From assembly GCA_003427395.1 (NCBI GenBank), contig BFEA01000003.1, forward strand, positions 4,476,054 through 4,540,053: 64,000 nucleotides of DNA. Reading direction: 5' to 3'. Below are positions 26,270-38,747 of the stretch, piece by piece (the stretch's first letter is position 1; each line of letters starts with the position of its first letter). The notes under the pieces are model-generated. The model ran no database searches and was not told where the DNA came from. It was given only the letters and a program-made list of their open reading frames with translations. The DNA is from Chara braunii. Lineage: Eukaryota; Plantae; Charophyceae. The position numbers and the translations under genes are program-made.

Positions 26270-26515
26270 GGGTTGGGTGGAGGTCACGATCAACTAATAA
26301 TGAAGATAGGCGTCTCGATGATAAGTACCCCGCCTTAAATATACAGCTAGGGTCTGTGGTGGAAGAGTAGAGGGCGTGAGCCACTGGTTGGTTTGGTCGG
26401 CTCCAACTGGTGATGATGATAGGCGTCTCGATGATAAGTACCCCGCATTAAATATACAGCTAGGTCTGTGGTGGGCGAGTAAAGGGCGTGAGTTACTAGT
26501 TGGTCAATTTAGGGG
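25945..26515. repeat. four related ~110-bp units in two pairs around a (CA)n tract (26168-26268)
   Basis: Repeated GATGATAGGCGTCTCGATGATAAGTACCCCGC.TTAAATATACAGCTAGG...GAGGGCGTGAG. Confidence 0.8.
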
Positions 26516-26859
26516 CCAATAGGTGATTGCTTGAGCCTGGTGTCCGAAGTACTCGTACAACGAGCCTCGTTCGACTATGCTTCAACCAGAGCTGGGTAGC
26601 TAGCCCTGGTGCCTATCACTACTGTTCGGTCCAAGTTCCCATCGCTACGTAGGGAGATGGTCCTGAGTGCTGGTCACACTGAGGTAGGATAGTAGGGATA
26701 GGGGATGCGCTAGGAGTATTGACGCGAGGATGGGATGGGTGGTGGCCTCGCCTCAGAGCGACCACGACTGACCGCTTCCGGCGATCAATGTGTGCCTAGT
26801 AAAATTTTAAAATTGGACGCGAGGATGGGATGGGTGGTGGCCTCTACAACACCCTCTAC

Positions 26860-26867
26860 GAACTCGC

Positions 26868-26918
<51 letters not shown>

Positions 26919-27029
26919 ACAACACAAAAGACAGTAATCATAGCGGTGTATCTTTCCATGTTTTAGCAGAAGATTCACTCCCGTTTTGCACATTTCGAGA
27001 GTGATCGAGTGACCGAGCGAGCGAGCGAG

Positions 27030-27103
<74 letters not shown>

Positions 27104-27245
27104 GCGGCGAGTTTATCACCGGCCTCCGTGCAGGTCACCGAACCCCTCTCTCTCTCTCTCTCGGTCGCTCCACCACTCTCGAAATGTGCAAAACGAGAGT
27201 GAATCTTCTGGTAGAACATGAAAAGATACACCACCATGATTATTT
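26860..27245. repeat. interleaved inverted repeats with (CT)n/(GA)n tracts
   Basis: 26861-26916 is inverted relative to 27032-27113, and 26935-27005 is inverted relative to 27172-27245. A related motif is at 55425-55480. Confidence 0.7.
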
Positions 27246-27578
27246 TTGTGTATGTCGAGGTAGTGAGTGTGTTTTTTCTTTTTTCCATGTTTTTTTTTAT
27301 TAATGGATTTCATCCTGTTTTATCTGTCGTATCTTTTTGCATTTTCTGTTTTTTTTTTTTTTTTTTCCTCTTTTTTTTCTCGTGTTTTTCTCCGAGTAGG
27401 TTTGGCAAGTTAGCCCCCAGTAGTTCGAGCCTCGACAAGGTTCGGCATACCGGTCGGCCGAGGCTCGGACTTGACAGCTGGGCCAAGTACTGGTGGTTTA
27501 ATGGGAAGAGGCGTGTCTTGACGTTGCATTTCATTTGATAATATGATCCTTGGGCAGTGGGCCCCACTAGTACCTCCA

Positions 27579-27899
27579 TGTAGCGGCCCCACCAGGTGTG
27601 GTACTCCGCTAGTGATAGAGATGGAGATGGAGGAAGAAGGGGGGAGCGAGATGGCACAACGCAGCTCCCCACGCAAGACTCCAACGCATGTACTCCAAAA
27701 TGTGCAAATCAAAAATGATCTCGAAAACAGACATAGGCTGGGGTATACCCCAGCGGACCGACGGGACTGGACTGGACTGGCTGGTACCAACATAGGTACC
27801 GGCCTGGACTGGACTGGACTGCCCCCAAATAAAACACAGGTCTGTGAGAACAGGCCAAGGGGCTGGTCTCACAGGCCAACCAACCAGAGGTCCGCTACA
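27579..27899 (-). repeat. 3' LTR
   Basis: Direct repeat of 38422-38747 with TG...CA ends. Confidence 0.95.
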
Positions 27900-29273
27900 C
27901 GATCCTCGGCCTGTGATGGATCGCCTAGATACAAACACGCTTCCACCAAGAAGCGAAACTCTACCAAAGAAAAGAAAACCTGAGTAGTCTAGGATGCGGA
28001 GCAAGCTCCATGCTGAGTCCATGTGATGCAACCTAGGCTAGAAAATGTCACAAAACAGCAATGTCACAGCTAACAGCCTAAGTAAAGTGGAAGCAACTAA
28101 CTAGCATACATATCATAGGAAAGCAGAAGCAACTAACTAGCGTACATGTCCTAGGAAAGCAGAAAGTAGTGACAACTAGATCCTAGAGTGTTGGAGGCAG
28201 TAGCCTCATTCTGGGAACAACTGACTAGTGTATAAGTCCTAAGAACAGCAAAAGCAGAACAACTAAATCCTAGAAATGTCAGAGGCAGTAGCCTCAGTCT
28301 GAGAGCAACAAGGCAACAACAAATCAACCATATGTCACGAGAGGAGTGTGTCGCAAACCAAAGGGTGGGATGGTCTCTGAGGGTGGCGAATGCAGCCTAG
28401 GGGTCGAAAACTCCTAAGGGCATCCACACATAGATAAAAGGGAGACACATGTCATCAGGCTCAATGAGTAGGGAACTCGGAGCGAACAGAACCAATGACC
28501 CTAACAGATAGACCATCAGGGCGGGTAAAGCTCGACTAAGGGGTGACCGCTATGGAGGGTCGACCATGCAAGGGAACAAGGGAGCCTGATATACTGGGCG
28601 CACCTAGATGAAGCATGCGGGGCTGCCTAACTATGGCGTGAGGGCCGGCAGAGGGTAAGAAAGTGATGGGTAGGGGAATCATGCAAATGACTCCTAAGGT
28701 GAGGGAAGTCGGAGCTCGATCCGTAAGCTGGGAAGCCCGAGCAACGCTACGGTCCCGATGCCTATGCGTATACCAAGGGAGAGTCCAACTGAGAGGAACC
28801 CGGCTAAAGAAAGACCATCATGCGACACAACAAGAGTACAATACAAGGTAAAGTGGTAAGAGAGTGACGACGTCTGAAGTAGGCAGAGCTGATCGTGACG
28901 AAGTCCGTGAAGCTGTCGATGACATTTGCAATGAGAAGTCCGGAATGCCGTCACGGAAGAGCCGCAACGTCGACGAGCTGAAGTAGCAAAATTGGAGTGG
29001 ATGGAGTACGGAGAAGTCAAAGACGTGGGAAGGTAAGTCATAGTCAATCGTCGTATTGAGCAGGACGACGACGAGTGCGCTGTGGACACTCAGAAGCATT
29101 CGACTGCTGCTGAAGGTCTGCCTCAGATGGAGCAGACTCGACTTCAGCGGTCTCCTCAGCCGGGGGAGAAGGAGGAGGGTCAGTGGGCTGAGGAGGAGCA
29201 GTAAACCCAGCACAACGAGCACGGTCATAGGCACGCACCAACATGCGAGCGTGCTACAAGTGCTCAAGGGGCG

Positions 29274-31200
29274 TCAGGTAGCCTCCTCATCAGGATAACC
29301 CTTCCAACGTACGAGATACTCGACGTGGGTAGGGTTGTCGTTGGTGACTCGGCGACCAATGATGTCTGAAACGAGGAACTTCTCGTGGCCGTCCACCATG
29401 ATGGGTGGAGGGCGCTCATATGGTCGTTCGGCGAAACGCTCAGACGGTCTACGGTAAGGACGCAGTAACGAGACGTGGTAGATACCGTACACACGAGCCT
29501 GGCGTAGGTAGTCAGGCAGCTTCACACGGAAGCTAACCGGGCTAGATGCCATATCAGAACGGACGGCCTGGAGGATGCGGCATGGTCCAAAGAAGCGACG
29601 CCGAAACTTGCGAAGCGTGTCCGCTTCAATTGTAAGTGGCGGGCGTCGATAAGCACATCATCACCGACTTTGAATGGGTGATCCATCCTCGATCGGTTCG
29701 CACGTGCTGCCATGCGGGTCTGGGAAGCGGCTATGTGCTCATGTGCGGTCTTCATGATCGACGTCATGTGTGCAACCCAATCATCCAGCGCGGGACAACT
29801 CGTGTCGGGGTGCATCTGTGACGGTCGGAGGAAATCCTCGGGAACACGAGGGTGATAGCCGAGGTCGCAATAGTAAGGAGACATCCCCGTGGCTGGCGAG
29901 ATGGCGTGGTTGTGGGTTATGTCCGCGTGGGCAAGATGGAGATCCCACTGCTGGTCGTCACGAACAATCTTTCGGAGAATATCTCCGAGATTCTTGTTCT
30001 TGATCTCAGTCTGACCATCAGTCTGAGGATGGTGAGACGAGGAGAAGCGGAGCTGAGTGCCGTACACCTCGTGGAGTCGTCGCCAAAATCGGCTGGTAAA
30101 GCGCGGGTGACGGTCTGCAGTAAGGACGCAGTAACGAGATGTGGTAGACATCGTACACACGAGCCTGGCGTAGGTAGTCAGGCAGCTTCACACGGAAGCT
30201 GACCGGGCTAGATGCCGTATCAGAACGGACGGCCTGGAGGATGCGGCATGGTCCAACGCCGAAACTTGCGAAGCATGTCCGCTTCGAGTTGTAAGTGGCG
30301 GGCGTCGATAAGCATATCATCACCGACTTTGAATGGGTGATCCATCCTCGATCGGTTCGCACGTGCTGCCATGCGGGCCTGGGAAGCGGCTATGTGCTCA
30401 TGTGCGGTCTTCATGATCGACGTCATGTGTGCAACCCAATCATCCATCGCTGGATAACTCGTGTCGGGGTGCATCTGGAACGGTCGAAGGAAGTCCGCGG
30501 AAACACGAGGATGATAGCCGAGATCGCAATAGTAAGGAGACATCCCCGTGGCTGGCGAGATAGCGTGGTTGTAGGCTATGTCCGCGTGGGCAAGATGGAG
30601 ATCTCATTGCTAGTCGTCACGAACAATCTTTCGGAGAATATCTCCGAGAGTCTTGTTCTTGATCTCGGTCTGACCATCAGTCTGAGGATGGTAAGACGAG
30701 GAGAAGCGGAGCTGAGTGCCGTACACCTCGTGGAGTCGTCGCCAAAATCGGCTGGTAAAGCGCGGGTCACGGTCAGATATGATGCTCAGGGGTAAGTCGT
30801 GGTCACGCACGACTCGGTCAAACACGATGTCGGCGACCTCACGGGCACTGATGGCATAGCAGCACGGAACAAAGCGTGCACGCTTCGTGAAGCGGTCGAC
30901 GACGACCAGGATAGCATCATGACCGCGAGGGGTCGGAAGACGAAGGGGACCGATAAAGTCCATCAAGATGGACTGCCAACGACCCTCAGGGATAGAAAGA
31001 GGCTGGAGCAAACCATAAGGCAGGTGGTTCGCACCGTTCACCTCCTGACAGGTGGGACACTCTGCGACGTAGGCCTTCACAAAGTCCTTGCGCTTCGGTC
31101 AGACGTACCGGCGGCTCACACGAGCCAACGTCTTGTGGAAGCCCATATGACCGACGGCTGCCTGGTCATGGAACTCTGCTACTGCTTGGACACGTAGCTG
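29274..31200 (-). pseudogene. Ty3 integrase and chromodomain, with ~666-bp tandem duplication
   Basis: CPTCQ, MDFIGPL, ISDRDPRFTSRFW and HPQTDGQTE, plus chromodomain IIGRR..EYLVRWKGYPDEEAT. 29443-30108 is repeated at 30109-30775. Confidence 0.9.
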
Positions 31201-31530
31201 TCCAATGGAGGGAACACAAATACGAGGCTCTCTGGTGCCCTGTGAACCATGTCAGTACACAAGACCGTTTCCCCCGAGAGAGTAGTTCGGGATGGTCTTG
31301 CCACTCCGAAGGGTCGCGTGGATGTCGCGATAGTCGGGGTAGTGGCGGTACTGAGTGCGAAACTCGTCGATCATTGAGTGGTGGACGGTGGTGACCGAGA
31401 TGGAAGAGAGCTGGATCTGCTCCTGGTCGTGGTCAGGGCGCCGGGATAAGGCATCTGCGACCAGGTTAGTCTCACCCTTGATGTGCTCAGTGGTGAAACT
31501 AAACTCGGATAGGTCGCGCCACCAACGAGC

Positions 31531-33760
31531 CTATCGAGGAGTGAGCTTCGGTTTTGTCAGAAAAGCCTGGACAACAGAGTTGTCCGTACGCACCGTGAAT
31601 GGTGCCCCGTGCAGGTAGTGACGCAAGTGCCGAGCAGCATAAACTACTGCGAGAACCTGACGTTCATTAGCAGTGTAGTTTATTTCGGCGGGCAGGAGTT
31701 GACGGGAGTAGAAGGCTATCGGACAATCACCTGAGCGAGACTCGACAGTGCTGTCATCGGCGATGGTAGGAGAATAGTCAATAGAAGGTTCGTCAGTAGG
31801 TGGACGAGTAGGCGTCAGTCGGGAAGCAGTGGTAGGGGTAGGTGGTGGGAAGAGAGGGATACGAGGATGAGAGGAATCAAGAGAGGAGGGAAAGACCTGA
31901 GAAAGCACTGCTCCTACAGCAAAGTCTGACGCATCGGTGGTAAGGATAAAAGGGTGATCAAAATCGGGTAGGTGAAGAACCGGTGCGCATGTCACCGCCT
32001 TCTTGAGGGCGCGGAAGGCGTCCTCGTGGAGGGGTGTCCAAGCCCAGGGTGGGTTCTTCCAGAGGAGGGTGGAGGTAAGGACGTAGGAATACCAAGCGTA
32101 TCCCCGGATGAAATTACTATAGTAGCTGGTTAGGCCTAGGAAGTTGCGAAGCTGCTTGGCAGATGTGGGAGCGGGCCACTCCGCAATAGCAGTGATCTTC
32201 GCGTCATCCATGTGGAGACCCTGGTCAGACACGTAGTGTCCTACGAAATTCACTTTGTGCTGGGCAAAGCGGCACTTGCTCAGCTTGGCATAAAAGCTAT
32301 ATCTGCGCAAGCGGTCAAGGACGTCGCGGAGGTGTCTGCGGTGCTCCTCAAGGGTACGACTGTAGACCAGGATATCGTCGAGGTAGACGAGAATGTACTG
32401 CTCCAGGATGTCCCTGAAGATGTCGTTCATCGCCCTCTGGAAGGTGGCGGGTGCATTGGTGAGGCCGAATGGCATCATCGTAAACTCGTAGTGGCCGAAG
32501 CGCGATCGGAACGCTATCTTCGGCTGGTCGGCTGCAGCGACGCGGATCTGATGGTAACCGCTACGAAGATCAATCTTCGTAAAGAAGCGGTTGCCTGCTA
32601 GGCGGTCGAACAGCTCAGCGACGCGGATCTGATGGTAACCGCTACGAAGATCAATCTTCGTAAAGAAGCGGTTGCCTGCTAGGCGGTCGAACAGCTCATC
32701 AGAACGAGGCATGGGGTAGCTGTTCTTAACCGTGTGGCGGTTGAGACCGCGATAGTCGATGCAGAGATGGAGAGTTCCATCCGCTTTGCGAGCAAAGAGG
32801 ACGAGTGCACCCCACGGGGAGTTGCTGGGTTTAATGAAACCCAGTCTCAGGAGCTCCTCAAGCCGATGCTTGAGTTCGGTGGCCTCGGGGATCGAGAGTC
32901 TGTAGGGTGCCTGGTCGTGAACACGATAGTCAGGCACAAGCTGAATGGAGTGCTTGACGTCACGCATCGGTGGGATGCCGACGTACGAGAACGACGATGG
33001 AAAAACGTCGTGGTACTCTCGGATGAGGTCACGAACTGCGGGCTCCAGGTCAACCGTATATCGTGCGAGTTCCTCAGCGTCAGCGTCAGCGCCCGACGAC
33101 GGGGTGGGCTCGACGGACGGCGGAGGGACGGAAGTAGAGATGGGAGCCATGGAGATAGAAGGAGGATCTGGCTCCAGAGGGAGGAGCTCGGCGTCGGGAC
33201 AGGGTGGATCATAGTGTAAGAGATCCGTCACGTTCACCATAAAGAAGGTGACGTCGTCCTGTCGGAGGAAGTGGGCGAACTGCCAAGGCGAAGTGACAGT
33301 GATAGAAGGAGATGGTGTGGGCACAGAAAGCTCCGGGAGAGGAGGATTGGGGCGTGGTGTCGCAGTGGTACCTATAAAAGGTACGCGATACGTCTGTCCA
33401 CAATTCGTTTTGAGAACGAGAGTGTTGGTCGCCCAATCGGCCTCAGTGCTGCGGAACAGACGAGACCACGGAGTGCCGAGAATGGAGTCGTACCCCGTCT
33501 CCATCACATCAAAATATGCAGAGGAGCGGTGGCGACGAGACGCCAGGGAACGATCAGTCGGCTCCAGAGTGAGGAAGAAAGGGAGGTCGGTGACCGTCTG
33601 ATCGAAGAAGCGTTAGGTCTTGTCATCCCCTAAGGTAACGGAGATGGGAGTCGGAGACCCTGTCGTGGGTAAGCGAGCTTCTTTCACCACGCGTGGGTGA
33701 ATGAAGTCGCCCTGAGAACCGGAAACCCACAGCGCGGAGTACACCCTCGTGGAGGTCCCG
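31531..33760 (-). pseudogene. Ty3 protease, RT and RNase H
   Basis: Degenerate protease ALW(V)SGSQGDFI. RT motifs LCIDYRGLN, KIDLRSGYHQIR, MPFGLTNAPATFQ and YLDD. RNase H motifs TDASDFAVGAVLSQ and TDN. Confidence 0.92.
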
Positions 33761-34599
33761 AGTCGTAATGGGATGATCGGGAGGGTGCGATCAGGGTCAG
33801 AGAGGATGGCGAGAAGGCGACACAGTGCAGCGACATGGAGGGTGAGTCGCTCCTGACGAGCCTGGAGCATGCTCAAGTCTAGAAGAGAGGACACAACGTC
33901 CTCGCGAGTCACGAGCTGCTCGCTGCAACGGGCTGAGCGAATGGCTCGACGCGTCGGTAGTCGCGGCGGGGAAGGAGGGGAGACGGTGGTCTGCGGAGGC
34001 GTAGACGGTACTGCGACAGAGGGCTGAGTACACTCTGTCGAGTCCTGCGATACCTCAACTCCAGTAGCGAGAGGGGCGAACNCCTGCGATACCTCAACTC
34101 CAGTAGCGAGAGGGGCGAACCGCGATGGAGATGTCGGGAAGCCCACTACTGAGGAGGGCGCAGGTGTACACTGCACCGTGGCTAGGAGGCACCGCGGGGA
34201 TGCGAGGCGCCGGGGGGGGACTGAGCACGACGCTGGCGGGAAAGGTCAGCGTAGTGGCGGTCAAGGGCGGTGGTATAAGGGCACCGCGAGGAGGTATGAC
34301 CATCTTGACGGCATCGCAAACACCCGCGTCAGCCCATAATAGTCGCGCGCTCCTCGGCGGAAAGGACACCGCGAGGAGGAACAAAGCCCTGAGGGAGGTC
34401 CTGCTGAGGGACCTCGGGGGGCGATGCGCTAGCGTGACCAGGGCGGCTGCGTGCCTGGGAAAGGGTGGAAAGGATAAGCTGGAGGCGCTCAGCCATAGGG
34501 AGAGTAGGGTCCTCCAGGTGGTGGTGGACGGCATCGCCGAGGTCGAGGTCGGCGCTATGGTCACCCTCTGGTGACAGCGGGGCACCAGCGTCCTGCTCA

Positions 34600-36263
34600 C
34601 CATACTCGAGCGCGCTGAAGCGGCGCGAGAAGTGGCGGCCCTGCTGCGTGGAACGGCGGGGGCGACCATGGAAAGGCGAACGGCGCTAGGAAGTGTCGTG
34701 AGAGGAGGAGGAGGCGTAACCATTACGCTATGGCTGGGAGGAGGAGGCGGGGTGAAGACGGGCCCGCATCCGCCGATGGTCTGTGGCGGCCTCGTAAGCC
34801 TGCGGGGCCGATGAGAACTCGTACCGCCATAGCTCGGAGCGGTACTCGAGCGGAAGGCTGGCCAAGAAACGATCGATAAGGGCCGCCTCGGGGAGGAACG
34901 CCACGTCACAAATGAGGCGGGCGTCCTAAAAGACCTGGATGTGGCGATCCAGACCGGCAGCGCCACCAGAGCCGGACCAGCGTGTAGTGACGACATGCTC
35001 GAAGGTGTCAGTCATGTCGTATCGGGCTCCGAAGCGATCCTCGAGGAACGCCTAGAAATCCATGAAGGTCGGGGTCCAACCCTCACGAAGGGAGTACGCG
35101 TAGAAATCCTCCCAGGCCTCGAAAGGACCGCCACGTAGGCGCGTGGAGAGGTGACCCACCCACGTGTCGGGTGTGGCGCCCATGAGCTGGAGCGTGCGGG
35201 TGGTAGATTGCAGCCACCTAGACACGCATATGCCTGTACCGTCATACAAGGCAATGTCCGACAAGCGGATGAGTGGTGCGCCACCGTTTTAGCGGCGAGG
35301 GGATCGAGGAGCAGGGGACTGCGCTACGCCTGAATAAGTTGGCGCAGGTCCTGGAGGAGGGGGGGCACCTGACTGTACGCCCGGGCCACATGGTGGAGCG
35401 GCATGGGAAACAGTGGCAGGCTGCGCGGGAGCTGCGGTAGAAGAGGTCGCAACAACCGAGGGGATGGGAAGGAGGTAGGATGGGGATGGGTAGGGTGCAG
35501 GGCGAGGGAAGCGAGCCTGCATGGAAGGAAGAATAGAGGAAGAAGGGGGTGCACCGGAAGGCGCGGCCACCTGTGAGGGTGGGGGTAGCTGAAGGCGTGA
35601 GAGGGCGAGGTCAGTCCGGAGCTGGGCGATCTCGTCCTCGCAACCTCGAACGTAGGTTGAGCGAGGTATGGCAGGGGGAGACGCACGAGCGGCGCGAGGC
35701 ATCCCACAAGGGGTAGAGTCAGATGGCGTTGTGGTCGTGCGAAGAGGAGGGAGAAGTGGGGCACCCGGAAAAACTGCGACCTTGGTAGTGGGTTGTAGTA
35801 CCGTGGTCGTAGTGACCGAGGTCTGGGCGGGTGCGCCCGTAGACTGAGGGAGGACCTGACTCGTGGCGGCCGTCGTGCTAGGGGCGTGGACGGTCACCAA
35901 GATGGTCGGGTCAGGGGCGGCGGAGGAGGAAACTCCACCGTGGCCACCCTGTTGGAGGACGGGGGATCCGAACTGGGAGCCAGGAGAAGAGATAGGGTGA
36001 GGAGAGGAAGGACGACCAGCGTCCTGGAGTTGCCCCACGCCGGCGACAAGGATCGCCACCTGTGCCTGTAAGGGCGCGAGGGTTGTGAGTTGCGCCTGGA
36101 TGGGGGCAAGGGTCACGAGTTGCGTCTGGATGGGCGCAAGGAGGGAGGTGAGGAGGGTGTGCAGATCCCCCTGGGGCTGATGGCCTTGGTCCGTCGGCAC
36201 GGGTGTGGAGCCCGATGTCGTGGTCATCGCCGTGTCGGTGGCGTGTGACACACCGTCGGCCAT
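34600..36263 (-). pseudogene. Ty3 gag (frameshifted), Pro/Thr-rich N-terminus
   Basis: ORF 35289..36263 starts at ATG 36263. ORF 35052..35264 (WLQS..WVGHLSTRLRG..W..F) resembles retrotransposon gag, and the region lies upstream of the protease. Confidence 0.6.
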
Positions 36264-38408
36264 GGGGAGATGACGGACCGGATTGGAGGGGGCCAGAAGA
36301 GGTCCGCGTGAGCGGAGGGCGTAGGGGGAAGTCCGAGGTAGAAAGCGGCGAACGGTGCTAGCAAGGCTAGCGCGGGCGCCGTCAAAGGGGGAGGGGTGGT
36401 TCGGGTCCAGGGTGCCCGAAGAGGACGGGGAAGTAGGGGCGGGTTTTGAAGAACCCTAAACCCTAAAAAAAACCTAAGAAAACCCTAACCGAAGTTTAAG
36501 TGGTTAGGGTAGGGTACTGGTGACCTAATCAAGAAAGTAAAATAGCGAGCATAGGGGGGGGAAGGCGGGAGAAAAATAAATAAACTGCGAGATTTCGAGA
36601 GAAAATAAAAATAAATAAGGAAATAAATAAATAATAAAAATAATTAAATAAATAAGTAAAAAGATGTGAAGGGAAAACAATATTTATTTTTTTGAAATTT
36701 TCGGCAGTATTTCCCGACCCCCCACTTGGTCAAGAATGTGCCAAGGGGAAAGGAGAGACCAAGGTGAGCACACTAGGTGTCAATATGCCGCAAAATAAAA
36801 AAAGAAATTTCAAAGAATAAATAAAGAAATAATAAATAAATAAATAAATAAATAAGTAAATAAGTGGATGAGGAGGTGGGGGGGAATGAAGTATCTAATT
36901 TGTCAAAAATTTTGGCAGCATTTCGTTACCCCCATGGGGTGGAAGTGTGCCGAAAAAGACTAAGGAAGGGAAAATCAGAAAATTTCGGCAGTACTTCGTT
37001 ACCCCCACGGGGTCAAAACGTGTGCCGAAAGCAAGAAAGACTAACACCTAATCAGATTTAGGGTTGCCGTAGAGAAAATCAAATTTTCAAAATAAATAAA
37101 ATAAATAAATAAAATAAATGAGAAAATGAGAAAAGAAGGTGGGAAAGAAGATATTTCGAATTTTTGGAAAAATATATATATTTAAAAAAAAAAAACAGAA
37201 AAATTGAAGTTGGGGGGGAAGGGGGGATGAGAAAGTGATGGAGAGAAGAAAAAAATAGGTGGGAAAGGGAAAAAGATGGAAGTGGAAGGTGGGGGAATGA
37301 TGTGGTGGCAGCTGGGGGAGAGGAGGATGAGAGAATGGGAGAGAAAAAGGATGGGGAAAGATGGAGAGTGATCAAGAAACTAATAGGACAGGAGGAGAGA
37401 AAAGAAAAGAAATGAAGAAAAAGGGGGTAAGATAGTGGTTAGTGGGAGAAAAGGTGGGGTGGGGAAGGTAAAAAGAGGAGGGGAGAGAGGCAGTGGAAGG
37501 TGGGGAAAGAAAAGGGGAGAGAGAGATAATACCTGCCCCTTGGTGTCTCCAAGGGCACAAGGTATACCAAGACCAGGAGGGTCTTGGCCTTCGCTGCAGC
37601 CAACCAACTGGAGGGTGTAAGGGGGCTGAGATCTTGATCAGCCCCTAGTTGCAGCACAACAAATCCAGGGTGTGCCGTGTGAGCATACCCTGATGGGTGA
37701 TGATGATGATGTAGGGTTGGCTGAGATCTAGATCAGCCACCCTACTGCCGCAGTCACACAGCCCCCTAGCCGGGGGGAAATCTTGAGCTGATGCGAAGCT
37801 GCTGAAAAAAAATAATAATAATAATGCTGTGGCGCAGCCCCCTAACCAGAGGGGTCTTCAGTCCACAGCAAAGTGCCACGTGGCACTGCAGGTGGCCATG
37901 TGCACAGGCAGCAGCAGCCACGGGGGGGGGGGTGGGGGTAAATAGCAGTCTCTCTCGTTACTGCCTCACTGGCCGCTGCTCGCTGCTCGGCGGGGGGGGA
38001 GGGTAAATAGCCAGCACCTCTTCAACACGAGGTTGCCGTGTTACAAGGTTATGTATAGACTGTGGCCAGTGTGTTATGAGGGTGATACACGCACGCGCAT
38101 GGCCAACAGATGCCTGGGTTCAAACCCCAGCGACAGCATGCATCTCGGATCTTAATTAATATAATTCGGGAGTGGGGCGGGGCGGGGCAGCATGGCGCGT
38201 CTGCGTGTGCGGCGGCTTTGGCCTTGGCGCTTCCACGCATATGTCATGATGACTTCCCCTTTTTTGCCACGTATCGATCTCCTGCTGCAGCACCTTTTTC
38301 CCGCTTTTTCGCCCGAAAACGCCCGAGAAACAGCCGAAAACCCGACTGTCGGGTTTTGATGTTTTTCCCTGCTGTGCAGTGTGGTGGGTGGGAGTGGGGA
38401 ACGTTTCC

Positions 38409-38420
38409 GCTCCGATACCA
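38409..38420 (-). promoter_or_regulatory. primer binding site complementary to tRNA-iMet 3' end
   Basis: TGGTATCGGAGC next to the 5' LTR (canonical TGGTATCAGAGC). Confidence 0.9.
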
Positions 38421-38421
38421 A

Positions 38422-38747
38422 TTTAGCGGACCCACCAGGTGTGGTGCTCCGCTAGTGATAGAGATGGAGATGGAGGAAGAAGGGGGGAGCGAGATGGCAC
38501 AACGCAGCTCCCCAAGCAAGACTCCAACGCACGTACTCCAAAATGTGCAAGTCAAGAATGATCTCGAAAACAGACACAGGCTGGGGTATACCCCAGCGGA
38601 CTGACGGGACTGGACTGGACTGGCTGGTACCGACAGAGGTACCGGCCTGGCCTGGCCTGGACTGGACTGCCCCCGAAAATAACACAGGCCTGTGAGAACA
38701 GGCCAAGGGGCTGGTCTCACAGGCCAACCAACCAGAGATCCGCTACA
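38422..38747 (-). repeat. 5' LTR
   Basis: Direct repeat of 27579-27899. Confidence 0.95.

Larger units (their letters stand above)
27579..38747 (-). mobile_element. Ty3/gypsy chromovirus LTR retrotransposon, full length, degenerate
   Basis: LTRs 38422-38747 and 27579-27899 have TGTAGCGG...CCGCTACA termini (TG changed to TT at 38422). TSD CTCCA at 27574-27578 and 38748-38752. PBS TGGTATCGGAGC. Domain order gag-PR-RT-RH-INT-chromodomain. Confidence 0.95.

Noticed and set aside
34044-34121. 38-bp direct repeat in Ty3 around a single N
   Set aside because: Identical copies either side of an N indicate a contig-overlap artefact.
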